DNA of 64,000 nt from an uncultured delta proteobacterium. GTDB taxonomy: Bacteria; Myxococcota_A; Polyangia; Fen-1088. Shown here piece by piece: positions 1 through 9,051 of the stretch (position 1 is its first letter; each line of letters begins with the position of its first letter). The notes under the pieces are model-generated. The model did not search any database, was not told the origin of the DNA, and saw nothing but the letters and a program-made list of their open reading frames with translations. The DNA is taken from NCBI GenBank assembly GCA_963767925.1, contig CAVYGB010000008.1, forward strand, positions 1,792,001 to 1,856,000, written 5' to 3'. Both the position numbers and the translations under genes were made by a program.

Positions 1-112
1 CCAGAACGATGCCTCGGTACGGTGGGAGAAGCCCGGGGGCCCGCAGTCCTCCGCTACTACCGCCGACAGTCAAACGGGCTCCTCAGTCCCCTGCCTGAGG
101 CCCAGCTATCCA

Positions 113-1552
113 TCAGAAGCAGACGGCTGGGCCAGCAGGCGGACAGACACCCCCGCGGCAGAACTTTTCGTCCTCATTGTCCGTGCATTCGAAGGTTTCC
201 ATCGTCGGGCTGTCGATGTTGATACATCTCCGCGGCTGGACCTGACATCGACCCGAGCGACACGATTCGCCCCCGCGAATCGTGTCACACGGACGACCGT
301 TGGCGATCCTCGCCCGGCAGATGTTGCTCCGGTCGCAGAACAGATCCGAGTCACACCCTGGGCAGCATCGTTTTCCGGAGGTGCCACAGTCGAGCTCGCA
401 CCTCCCGCTCGTGCAGACCTCGTCGGTTCCACACTGGGTGCAGCTGCTTCCGCAGTTGTTCCGGTCGTTATTTCCCACGCACCGGCCGTCGCAGCCGTTC
501 TGGCCGTTGTTGCAGCACACGCCTCCGGTGCAGCGGCCGGACTGGCACTCGCCATTCCCTCCGCACCCCTGCCCGTTGGGCTTCTTGCAGTTGCTGTCCT
601 GACTGAAGCTGCAGCCGGAAGGGCACATTCCATCGGCGGCGTCCCCGCAGCGTACCGGGCACTCACGATCGTTCGAGAAGCTGCAGCTGGAACCTGGACA
701 GCAGCCGTCGCCCGTGCGGCACTCATTCTGGGTGCCGGCATCTTCGCAGCGGGCTTCACAGGTGCCGCCGCCGACCAGCCGGCGTAGCTGACAGCCCTGA
801 TTCGGGCAGCTCGAGGGGCAACTGGACAACGGGTCGCACCGTTCGGAGCTTTCACGGACCCCATTGCCGCATCGCGGCTGGCAGTCGGTGTCGTTGTTGC
901 TGTTGCAGGTGGATGGGCAGCAGCCGTCCCCTGACGCGCACGTTGTCTGCTGGCGATCGTCGACACATTCAGCGGCGCAGGTGCCGGGGTTCACCAGCTT
1001 GCGAATCTGGCAGCCGACCGCCGGACAGGCCGCGGGGCAGCTCGAGAGCGGTTCGCAAGTCTCCCCCGCCTCGCGAACGCCGTTGTCGCATCGGACCGAG
1101 CAATCCACGTCGTTGACCATCGTGCAGCCGGCCGGACAGCAGCCGTCGGCGCTGGAGCACGCCGTCTGCATGCCTCCCTCCACGCAACGAGCGGTGCACC
1201 TCTCGGCTGATCCTTGCAGCGTGAAAATCGCGCAGCCTCGTGGGGGGCACGCGGTTGGACAGTTGCCTTCGCATTCCTCGCCAGGCTCGATCACCCCGTT
1301 GCCGCAGGTGGCACCGGATGAGCTCGCGTCGCTGGGCCCTGGCCCGGCGGGTGAGTCAGGATCGAGTGGGCCGTCCGTGGAGACGGAAGGGGACCCCATC
1401 ACCGATCCCGCCTCCGGGCCGGCCGGCTGTTCGCCGCGCCCTGCTGGGGGTCCGTCGGGGGAGTCCACGAGCCGCGAGTGCTGCCTCGGCTCAGAGAAGC
1501 ACGAGACCGAGAGTGCGACGAGGGATGCCTGGAAAGCGGTAGTTAAGCGCAT
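113..1552 (-). CDS. Cys-rich repeat lipoprotein (myxobacterial type)
   Basis: ATG at 1552 preceded by GGAGG. N-terminus MRLTTAFQASLVALSVSC is lipobox-like, followed by a Pro/Gly linker, three ~73-aa 12-Cys repeats starting C(G/D)NGV and a Cys-rich tail. Confidence 0.8.
   Translation of the reverse strand: MRLTTAFQASLVALSVSCFSEPRQHSRLVDSPDGPPAGRGEQPAGPEAGSVMGSPSVSTDGPLDPDSPAGPGPSDASSSGATCGNGVIEPGEECEGNCPTACPPRGCAIFTLQGSAERCTARCVEGGMQTACSSADGCCPAGCTMVNDVDCSVRCDNGVREAGETCEPLSSCPAACPAVGCQIRKLVNPGTCAAECVDDRQQTTCASGDGCCPSTCNSNNDTDCQPRCGNGVRESSERCDPLSSCPSSCPNQGCQLRRLVGGGTCEARCEDAGTQNECRTGDGCCPGSSCSFSNDRECPVRCGDAADGMCPSGCSFSQDSNCKKPNGQGCGGNGECQSGRCTGGVCCNNGQNGCDGRCVGNNDRNNCGSSCTQCGTDEVCTSGRCELDCGTSGKRCCPGCDSDLFCDRSNICRARIANGRPCDTIRGGESCRSGRCQVQPRRCINIDSPTMETFECTDNEDEKFCRGGVCPPAGPAVCF
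650..1306 (-). repeat. Three tandem ~73-aa Cys-rich protein repeats
   Basis: Units start CGNGVIEPGEEC, CDNGVREAGETC and CGNGVRESSERC. Each contains a DGCCP motif and ends D-x-(D/E)-C. Confidence 0.85.
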
Positions 1553-1818
1553 CGGTCCTCCAGAAAACTGGCCGGAGCGGCGGAGCCACATGCCATGGCG
1601 GATTGAGCCAATCTGATACTACATGTCGCGGCTCATCCAGCTCTTTTCTCATAAAACTTTGAGACGTGGCAGGGACTCCCCTGGCGATCCCTTTTCTCGG
1701 CCGCCCCCGGTCTGGCAGCGCCACTTGGCGCCAAAGACTTTCAGCACGGGCCGGAGTTGAGCGCGGATCGGCATCGCCATCGATCGCAGGAGGATCGTGT
1801 TAAAAACCTTGGTCTTGC

Positions 1819-3459
1819 ATGCAGGTTCGCAAGCCTGACCGTCTCATCGTAAGCAGGCGGCTCCTCGGAGCTGGCGGAGCCGCGGTCTGCTTTCTGCTCA
1901 CCGCCGGCGAGGCGCTCGGACAGCCGAGCCCCCGCGAACGGGCGCGGGTCGAGGTAGCCGAGGGAGCCAAGCTTTTCGAGGGGGGCCGATTCGCCTCCGC
2001 GCTGGCTCGGTTCCAGGCAGCGCAGGCGCTATACCCGAGTGGGAAGGTCTACTTCAATGTGGCCCTCGCCCATCGACAGCTGGGTCAGGCAGCGGCGGCG
2101 TTGACGGCCCTACGGCGGTTCCTGCGAGATCCCGGCGACACCACGCCCGAGTTGCTGGCCGAAGGAAGAGCCCTGGTAGAGCAGCTTTCGACCCGGGTCG
2201 CTTCCCTTGCCATTTCGTCGGATGTCGAAGATGGCGAGGTCGTCCTCGACGGCGTGGTCGTGAGCCCCGACCCGACGTCGGGCCGATTCCCGGTCGATCC
2301 GGGCCCTCACCAGGTCCTGCTGCGCAGCCGGGCGCATGGAACGCGGTCTGCCACCTTCCAGGCGGTGGCTGGTCAGTCGCTGGATCTCGAGGTTCCGTTC
2401 AAGGTTGCCGCCGGGAATCAGGCCCGTTCGCTCGCTCAGGGTCAGACACCGTCACCGGGGCAGACGCTCGACCGTCCCTCGGGCGCCGCCGAGGCCGAGG
2501 CCCTCATTCGCCAGGCGCGGGAGCTGCGCGAAGCCGGCAAGGATGCGCGCGCGTATCCCTTGCTGCAGAAGGCGTATGAAGCGGAAACGACGCCTCGCAC
2601 CGCCGCCCAGCTCGGACTGGTCGAAATCCAGCTCGGCTACTGGATCCAGGCAGAACGGCACCTCACCGAGAGCTTGTCGGCCAGGCGCGACCCCTGGGTC
2701 GCCAGCAACCGGGCGGACCTCGAGGCGAGCCTGTCGCGCGCGAAGGCGGCGATCGGAGAGGTCACTGTCAAGGGTACTCCTGCGGGGGCCACGGTATCGG
2801 TCAACGGATGGGTGGCAGGGACCCTGCCCCTCCCGGTGCCCATCCGGGCCGGTGAAGGACCACTCCATCTCGAGATCCGAGCGCTGGGGTATTCGCCGTT
2901 CCGCCGCTCGCTCACGATGACGGGTGGCCAGCGACAGGAGGTTACCGTGGGTCTGGAGCGAGGGGTCGATTCAACCCCGGGACCCGATCCGAATGCATCG
3001 GGTGAGGCCGCTGGCTCAGCGGGCGCCTCCCTGGCCGCTCAACCGATCGCCGGCAGCGAGTCGGAGCCGTCGAGGTCGCTGATGCGTCCCGTGGGTTGGG
3101 GCTCGGGGGCGGCGGGGCTAAGCGCTCTGGGTTTTGGGGTCTACCAGACCCTTTCCTGGCGGAAGAAGTTCGAGGAATTCGAGTCTCACGAGGTCGCACG
3201 CCAGCCTGGCCAAGCCAGCTCGACGCCCAGAGACTGCGGCGCGGCCAGCCCCAACCGAGGAGCTGTGGGATGCGACCGGATTTTCCGCGATCTGCAGCGA
3301 GCCAAGACCCTCGCCATCGCGGGGTATGCCGTCGGCGGAGCGCTGGCCGCGGGGGGCGTCGCCCTCCTGCTCCTCGCCCCGCGTGATCGTCGCTCGTTCG
3401 CGCTCGCCTGTCTGCCCCTGCTGACATCGCAGGGAGCGAGCTGCCAGGTCTCGTTCTAG
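1819..3459 (+). CDS. TPR + PEGA domain protein with two tandem TPR-PEGA modules
   Basis: Signal-like N-terminus; TPR helices (FASALARFQAAQALYP, AYPLLQKAYE); PEGA-like segments (GEVVLDG..VDPGPHQV, GATVSVNG..GEGPLHLEIRALGY); C-terminal hydrophobic segments; terminal F. Confidence 0.85.
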   Translation: MQVRKPDRLIVSRRLLGAGGAAVCFLLTAGEALGQPSPRERARVEVAEGAKLFEGGRFASALARFQAAQALYPSGKVYFNVALAHRQLGQAAAALTALRRFLRDPGDTTPELLAEGRALVEQLSTRVASLAISSDVEDGEVVLDGVVVSPDPTSGRFPVDPGPHQVLLRSRAHGTRSATFQAVAGQSLDLEVPFKVAAGNQARSLAQGQTPSPGQTLDRPSGAAEAEALIRQARELREAGKDARAYPLLQKAYEAETTPRTAAQLGLVEIQLGYWIQAERHLTESLSARRDPWVASNRADLEASLSRAKAAIGEVTVKGTPAGATVSVNGWVAGTLPLPVPIRAGEGPLHLEIRALGYSPFRRSLTMTGGQRQEVTVGLERGVDSTPGPDPNASGEAAGSAGASLAAQPIAGSESEPSRSLMRPVGWGSGAAGLSALGFGVYQTLSWRKKFEEFESHEVARQPGQASSTPRDCGAASPNRGAVGCDRIFRDLQRAKTLAIAGYAVGGALAAGGVALLLLAPRDRRSFALACLPLLTSQGASCQVSF

Positions 3460-3530
3460 CCTCGGCCGGAGCCAGGCCTCCTCGGGGCTACATGCCGGCC
3501 CTGGTCACAAGTGCCATGGCGCGACACCGA

Positions 3531-4400
3531 TCACTCCTTCTCCTCGATCTCGGTGGTGAAGGGGGTCCAGGTGTCGCCTTTGTCGTGCATGCGTTTCAGC
3601 TCGGCCAGGCCGGCGAGCCAGCCGGCCTCGTGCTGGGCGGCGCTGTCGAGCTCGTCGTCGCGGAAGCCGCTCTGGACGAAGGTCAGGTGGGTCTTGCCGC
3701 CGTCGGCGCTGAGCTCCCAGCGCGCGATGGCGCCCGCCTCGTCGGCGTAGGCCAGTCGCTTTCCCGGCTCGAGCTCGAAGATCTTCCCGTCGACCCCGAG
3801 GACCATCCGGCCACCCAGGCGCGGCTCGATCTCCGGCTTCCAGCCGAACCAGCGCTCGACCCGGACCGGATCGATCAGCGAGGCGAACACGTCGTCGGGC
3901 GCGCCTGGGATGGTGAGATCGATCCGGATCTCCCTGGGCCGGTCCGGACTGAAGGTGGCCCCGCGGATCAGCTCCCGGCCCTCGACGTACGCTGCAAGGT
4001 TGGCCAGCGCCAGCGGCCAGAACGTATGCAGGGAATGGAGACCATCCCGGCGCCCGGCCGGGGCCATCAGCTCCTCCATCGAGGGCGCCCCGTCCTGGCG
4101 AAGCTCGAGCCTCGTCCCGTTTTTTCCCTCTGGCGCCAGCCGGAGATCGATCCGGGTCTCCCGACCATCGAGTGTCCAGGTGAACGACAGTTTTCGGTCG
4201 GGCTCAGCGGCCACAAGCTCCTGCTTGGCGGTCTCCCCCTGTGGGGTGTACCGACCCCAGAACCGGTAGCGACGCTCGGTCAAGCTGACCTCCGCGTGTT
4301 CGGCCAGCCAGACCCGAAGAGCGGCGCCGTCTGTCAGCGCCCGGTACACGTCTCCGGGTGGGGCGGCCAGCCGGGCCGCCAGGGCGAGAGTCCTCGTCAT
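3531..4400 (-). CDS. Tandem SRPBCC (AHSA1-like) domain protein
   Basis: Two copies of the P..V(Y/F)..L.D....W ... GW/FW...LA.L pattern. ATG 4400 overlaps the upstream stop (ATGA) and has a purine-rich RBS. Confidence 0.85.
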   Translation of the reverse strand: MTRTLALAARLAAPPGDVYRALTDGAALRVWLAEHAEVSLTERRYRFWGRYTPQGETAKQELVAAEPDRKLSFTWTLDGRETRIDLRLAPEGKNGTRLELRQDGAPSMEELMAPAGRRDGLHSLHTFWPLALANLAAYVEGRELIRGATFSPDRPREIRIDLTIPGAPDDVFASLIDPVRVERWFGWKPEIEPRLGGRMVLGVDGKIFELEPGKRLAYADEAGAIARWELSADGGKTHLTFVQSGFRDDELDSAAQHEAGWLAGLAELKRMHDKGDTWTPFTTEIEEKE

Positions 4401-4966
4401 CTCGTTCTCCTCCTTCCTTTTTTCGGGTAACACGCCACGGCCAGCCGGAAGGTCTCGCCGTCGGAGCCCCCTCCCCCGTGGCGCGTGAAGAGCGCCTGCA
4501 AGGTCGCGCGCAGGTCGTCGAGGAACGCCTGCCGCTTTCCCGCGTGCAGGTGGACCTCTCCCGACACCCCGAGGGTCGGCAGGTCCCCGGTCCCTCCTTC
4601 GAAGGCCGCGAGGTCGCTCTGCACGTCCTCGACAACGTTGAGCAGGTAGCGAAGGCTCAGATCGTCCTGGGCTCGACGGAGGCCGATGGTGCCGACCAGC
4701 TTCGGCGAGAGCCAGTAGGACTGCGCGCTGGCCTGGTAGATGCCCTCGTGGATGCCGCGCACGCGCCGCTCGCTCACCTGGCTGACGAGGTCGGCCTCCA
4801 CCAGCCGGTTCACGTGGTAGTAGACGCGCTGGGGTGTGACCCCCAGGGCGGCGCCGACCTGGGTGCATGAGCGGGGCTCTGCGAGCTGTCGCAGCACCTC
4901 GACCCGCTGGGGCTTGAACAGCGCCTCCGCCTGTTCGATCCGGTCGATGTACAGGAGCTCTCTCAC
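4397..4966 (-). CDS. ArsR-like winged-helix transcriptional regulator
   Basis: ALFKPQRVEVLRQL..S..QVGAALGVTPQRVYYHVNRLVEADLV HTH. GTG start at 4966 is inferred. Confidence 0.85.
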   Translation of the reverse strand: MRELLYIDRIEQAEALFKPQRVEVLRQLAEPRSCTQVGAALGVTPQRVYYHVNRLVEADLVSQVSERRVRGIHEGIYQASAQSYWLSPKLVGTIGLRRAQDDLSLRYLLNVVEDVQSDLAAFEGGTGDLPTLGVSGEVHLHAGKRQAFLDDLRATLQALFTRHGGGGSDGETFRLAVACYPKKGRRRTR

Positions 4967-5004
4967 GTACAAAAAGCTTTGTACGTAAAACATTCGTTTG
5001 TCAA
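4965..5004 (-). promoter_or_regulatory. sigma70-like promoter with overlapping palindromic operator
   Basis: TTGACA on the minus strand at 5004-4999. Perfect inverted repeat ACGTACAAA-N4-TTTGTACGT at 4965-4986 touches the GTG start. Confidence 0.7.
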
Positions 5005-5069
5005 TGGCCCACGGCGACGCCCGGTCCTGTCCAGGCCGGCGGACCAGCACGCCCGCCGGTCGCCAGGTG

Positions 5070-6758
5070 TCAGGGGCGGACGGCGGCGCGGAAGGCGGCG
5101 GCGGGCAGGGTGTTGAGCACCTCGTCGCGGCGGATGCCGGCCCGGCGGGCCATCTGGACGCCCAGCTCGAGGTGGTCGTAGTCGCGGACCGAGTGGGCGT
5201 CGACGGAGATGACGAAGCGCAAGCCGCGGCGACGCGCCTGCCGCAGCCAGGTAGGCGCCAGGTCCAGGCGGTGGGGATCGGCGTTTATCTCGATGGCCGC
5301 GCGTCCGCGGGCGGCCGCATCGAGCACCTGCTCCACGTCGCAGGCGATAGGATCGCGGGACAGCAACATCCGGCCGAGGCCGTGGCCCCACACCTTGAAC
5401 AGCGGGTGGCCCATCGCCGTCACCAGCCGGCGGGTCATCTCCGGTCCCTCCATCCGGAAGCGGTTGTGGATGCTCGCGATGACGATGTCCAGGCTGGCCA
5501 GCACCTCGGGAGGGTAGTCGAGGGTGCCATCGGCCCGGATGTCCGATTCGGTGCCGCGCAGGAGATCGATCCCGGCGGTGGCCCGCAGGGCCTCGATCTC
5601 CGCGCCCTGCTGGGCCAGCCGCTCGATGCTCAGCCCCCCGGCGTAAGAGGCGGTGGGCGAGTGGTCGGTGATGGTGAGGTACTGCATCCCGCGCGCGCGC
5701 GCGCCGGCGGCCATCTCCGACAGGTCGTTGCGACCGTCGGAGGCAGTGGTGTGACAGTGCACGAAGCCGCGCACGTCTTCCCTGCACACGAGCTGGGCGA
5801 GAACGGCGCTGTCCCAGTCGTCGGTCGCCTCCTCCTCGCGCAGCTCGGGTGGGATCTCGGGCAAGCCGAGCTGGGCGTAGACCTCCCCTTCGGTCGCGCG
5901 CGCGAGGTCGCCCAGCGCGACCCCGCGATCCCGCGCCCGTCGCTCCAGCTCCTGCAGGTGGGCGCCCGACCCCGTCTGCCGCAGCAGGGCCAGACCGAAG
6001 CCGCCGGGCGGAACCACCTCCAGCTCGGCGACGGGGCCGCCGGTCATCCGGAAGCGCGCCCGCCCCGGGCCGCGCTCCATCACCTCGCCGGTGGGGGCCG
6101 CCCGCAGGAAGTGCTCGATCGCCGGTTCGGGTGCCTCGGCGGCGGCCACCAGCCGCACCGTCGTCACGACCTCCTTCCAGCGCCGGATCGATCCCGCCAC
6201 CCGGGCCTCGGTCACCCCGGGACTGGCCTGCAGATCGAGCAGCAGGGGGTGGGCCAGGCGCTGGGCGTCTCGCAAGATCGTCCGGGGAGGTGGCCGCGTG
6301 CGGCGGCGGGCGATCGCCTCGAGCAGCTTGCCCTCCGAGCGCGTCCCGAAGCCACGGACCTTCTGCAGCAACCCGTCCCGGGCGGCTTGCTCGAGGGCGG
6401 CCACGCTGTCGACGCCCAGCTCGTCGCGCAGCCGGCGCACCCGGGCCAGCGTCAACCCGGGCAGCTCGGTCATCGACAGCAGGCCGGGCGGAACCTCGGC
6501 CCGGAAGGTCTCGAGCGCCGAGGTGGTGCCGCTCTCCTTCAGCCGGGCGATGGTGGCGGCCAGCTTGTCCCCGATGCCCGGGACCTCGGAGAGCCGTCCT
6601 TGCTCGGACAGCGTCGCGAAGCGTTCGCCAAGGGCCTCGACCGCGCCGGCCGCCGTCTCGTACGCCCGGGCCCGGAAGCGGCTCTCCCCGCGCAGCCGCA
6701 GGTGTGCGCCGAGCTCGCGCAGACGCGCCGCCACCGCGGTGGCCCCGTACCCGGCCAT
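5070..6758 (-). CDS. polX: PolX-PHP family protein (polymerase acidic residues substituted, PHP intact)
   Basis: GESRFRARAY N-terminus, HhH motifs (VPGIGDK, VRGFGTRS), AGSIRR, IPPELRE. PHP ligands HCHT, TDHS, GTESD, ASIH, GH and SVDAH are present. Confidence 0.9.
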   Translation of the reverse strand: MAGYGATAVAARLRELGAHLRLRGESRFRARAYETAAGAVEALGERFATLSEQGRLSEVPGIGDKLAATIARLKESGTTSALETFRAEVPPGLLSMTELPGLTLARVRRLRDELGVDSVAALEQAARDGLLQKVRGFGTRSEGKLLEAIARRRTRPPPRTILRDAQRLAHPLLLDLQASPGVTEARVAGSIRRWKEVVTTVRLVAAAEAPEPAIEHFLRAAPTGEVMERGPGRARFRMTGGPVAELEVVPPGGFGLALLRQTGSGAHLQELERRARDRGVALGDLARATEGEVYAQLGLPEIPPELREEEATDDWDSAVLAQLVCREDVRGFVHCHTTASDGRNDLSEMAAGARARGMQYLTITDHSPTASYAGGLSIERLAQQGAEIEALRATAGIDLLRGTESDIRADGTLDYPPEVLASLDIVIASIHNRFRMEGPEMTRRLVTAMGHPLFKVWGHGLGRMLLSRDPIACDVEQVLDAAARGRAAIEINADPHRLDLAPTWLRQARRRGLRFVISVDAHSVRDYDHLELGVQMARRAGIRRDEVLNTLPAAAFRAAVRP

Positions 6759-6916
6759 GGTCAGGTTGTAGCGCAGTCCGGAGGCAGCCACCGGCCGGCT
6801 CCAGGATCGTGCCGGCGGGCCCGGGAGGTCCGCGCCGGGGCCGCGCCTGATCCCCGGGAGACGTATGGACAGGATGGTCGCCGGTCCTCCGGCCGTGCCA
6901 GCCGCATATTGACGGT

Positions 6917-7846
6917 GTGCCGCAGACGTACGAAGCCATCGTGGTGGGCGCAGGCCCGGCCGGGTTGAGCGCCGCGCTCATCCTGGGCCGCTGCTGCCGC
7001 CGGACCTTGCTGTGCGACGGTGGCGAGGGGAGAAATTCCGCCTCCCGGGCGATCCACGGGTTCCTCACCCGCGATGGCATTCCCCCCGCCGAGCTCCGCC
7101 GGATCGCCCGCCAGCAGCTCGAGCCTTATCGATCGGTCGAGGTGCGCGAAGCCCAGGTGACCGACGCCGTCCGGACCGCGGAAGGGTTCCAGGTCCTGCT
7201 GGCGAGCGGCGAGCGGCTGCACACCGGCAAGCTGCTGCTGGCCACGGGCGTGACCGACGAGCTACCCCCCCTTCCCGGCCTGGCTCCCCGCTGGGGACAG
7301 TCGGTCTTCCCCTGTCCCTACTGCGACGCCTACGAGCTGCGCGGCCGCCGCCTCGGCGTGCTCGGTCGGGGACCGGCGGCGGTGGCGCAGTGTCGCGCCT
7401 TGACCACCTGGAGCCAGCACCTGGTGCTGTTCCTCGACGGTCGCGCCGATCTCCCGGCGTCCGATCGGCGCGCGCTCGGCGACCATGGGGTCCAGATCGT
7501 CAGCGCGCCCCTGCGCGCGCTCGAGGGGCCCGGCACCTCGCTGGAGTCGGTCCGCCTGGAGAGCGGGGAGGTGGTGGCCTGCGAGGCCCTGTTCCTCAGC
7601 GAGGGTCAGCACCAGCGTTCCCCGCTCGTCGCCCAGCTCGGCTGCAGGATCGTGGACGGCTGCGCGGTTCGGACCAACGAGCACGAGTCGACCGACATCC
7701 CGGGACTCTACGTGGCCGGCGACGCCTCCGAGAACCTGCAGCTCGCCATCGTCGCCGCCGCCGAGGGGGCCGAGGCGGGCTTCGCGATCAACCGCTCCCT
7801 CGTCCGGGAGTCCTTCGCCGCTGACCGGGGACCCGCGCAGCGCTAA
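6917..7846 (+). CDS. NAD(P)/FAD-dependent oxidoreductase, thioredoxin reductase-like
   Basis: VVGAGPAGLSAA FAD motif, LLLATG, CPYC redox motif, TDIPGLYVAGD. Confidence 0.9.
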   Translation: MPQTYEAIVVGAGPAGLSAALILGRCCRRTLLCDGGEGRNSASRAIHGFLTRDGIPPAELRRIARQQLEPYRSVEVREAQVTDAVRTAEGFQVLLASGERLHTGKLLLATGVTDELPPLPGLAPRWGQSVFPCPYCDAYELRGRRLGVLGRGPAAVAQCRALTTWSQHLVLFLDGRADLPASDRRALGDHGVQIVSAPLRALEGPGTSLESVRLESGEVVACEALFLSEGQHQRSPLVAQLGCRIVDGCAVRTNEHESTDIPGLYVAGDASENLQLAIVAAAEGAEAGFAINRSLVRESFAADRGPAQR

Positions 7847-8749
7847 AGGGGCCGGACCCGACCGGTCTCGAGATCGTACACGGCCTTCAGGATCGTGAGC
7901 TTGCCGGCCGCAACGTGCTCGCGGAGCAGCTTGCTGCGCCGGAGCAGCTCGTTGGCCTGATGGCGGACGTTGGCCTCTACGCCCAGGCGCACCAGATCCG
8001 ACCCCTCGGCCCAGCTCTTCAGGCCCCGCACCGCCGGTGCGATGTGCTCGACCAGCGCCTCGAGGTTGGGGCTGGGCATCTTGCCTTCGGCCAGCGCGGC
8101 CTGCACGGCGCCGCACCTCTCGTGACCGAGGACCACCAGCACCTTGGCGTGCAGGTGCTCGACGGCGTATTCCAGGCTGCCGGTCGCCACCGGCTCGGCG
8201 ATGTTGCCCGCGCTGCGCACGACGAACAGCTCGCCGATGCCGCGGTCGAAGACCAGCTCGGGTGGCACCCGACTGTCGGCGCACCCCAGGATCATCGCCC
8301 CGGGGTGTTGCCCGTCCTTCGACATCATGATCTGCTGGAGGAGGTCCGGGTGGGTGCCCGCGCCCGAGAGGAAACGGGCGTTGCCTGCCAGCAACGCCCT
8401 GGCAATCTCCTTGGGCTCGTTTCCCAGCGCGGCGGCCACACCGTGCTCCTTGCCCTTGCCAGCACCCTCGGCCAGGCGCCGTGGCCCTCGTGTGGCCCTC
8501 GGTCTTCTTCGCCGCGCCCGCCTTTTCGCCGCCGTGGGCGACCTGGGTCGCCCCGTGTCCGTCGTCGGTCTTGCCGGCGGGCGGCGCCGCGTGTGCGGTC
8601 TGGACCGGGGACACCGTCGCCGCCGCCGGCTCGCCGTGACCGCCCTGACCGCCGCTCGGGGCCGGCTTCGGCTTGAAGAGGAGCACGCCGACGAGGATGG
8701 CGGCCACGACGAGCTGTCCGAGAACCACCATCTTCGCGTACTTCTTCAT
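7843..8749 (-). pseudogene. Membrane-anchored beta-carbonic anhydrase, frameshifted near 8470-8500 (true lesion or sequencing error)
   Basis: Catalytic domain (GCADSRVPPE, GNI, LEYAV, GHERCGAV) is in frame 7843-8439. The N-terminal TM segment MKKYAKMVVLGQLVVAAILVGVLLF and a His/Gly linker start at ATG 8749 in a different frame. Confidence 0.75.
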
Positions 8750-8765
8750 GGCTGACTGCCCACCT

Positions 8766-8792
8766 ACATCGGCAAGTTCGCCGAGGAATGGA
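8766..8792 (-). promoter_or_regulatory. Possible sigma28-like promoter of the carbonic anhydrase gene
   Basis: Minus strand reads TCCA-N15-GCCGATGT, 16 nt before ATG 8749. It resembles TAAA-N15-GCCGATAA. Confidence 0.3.
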
Positions 8793-8913
8793 GCGGCGCC
8801 CGGCGGGTCGACCGCGGCGCCTGGACGAATCCAGGGGGGCGACACCGCGGCTGGCGCGGGCCGAAGGACCACCTTCCGCCACCGACGAGAAAACGTTGTC
8901 GCCCAGGTGGGTT

Positions 8914-8949
8914 CGACAGCACCCCACGGCGTGTCGTGGGGTGCTGTCG
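8914..8949. repeat. Perfect 15-bp inverted repeat in a divergent intergenic region
   Basis: CGACAGCACCCCACG-gcgtgt-CGTGGGGTGCTGTCG, with no U-tract on either side. Confidence 0.85.
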
Positions 8950-9051
8950 GCGACCGGTGCCGTGGCCCCGAATGAGGGCTGGACGCCGTGGATTCGCGGT
9001 ATAAATCGGTGTTTCTGGGCGCCTGCGAACAGAGAAAGCGCATTTGTGACC

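Noticed and set aside
1..73. Possible minus-strand gene start (TTG 73 after GAGGAG) running off the left edge
   Set aside because: Only 24 codons are visible and carry no recognisable motif.
4963..7080. 705-aa Arg/Pro/Gly-rich ORF overlapping polX, and similar off-frame ORFs throughout
   Set aside because: Alternative-frame artefacts with low-complexity R/P/G/A composition.
8905..8925. GGGTTCGAC resembling a tRNA T-loop
   Set aside because: No T-stem pairing or cloverleaf. The sequence belongs to the 15-bp palindrome.
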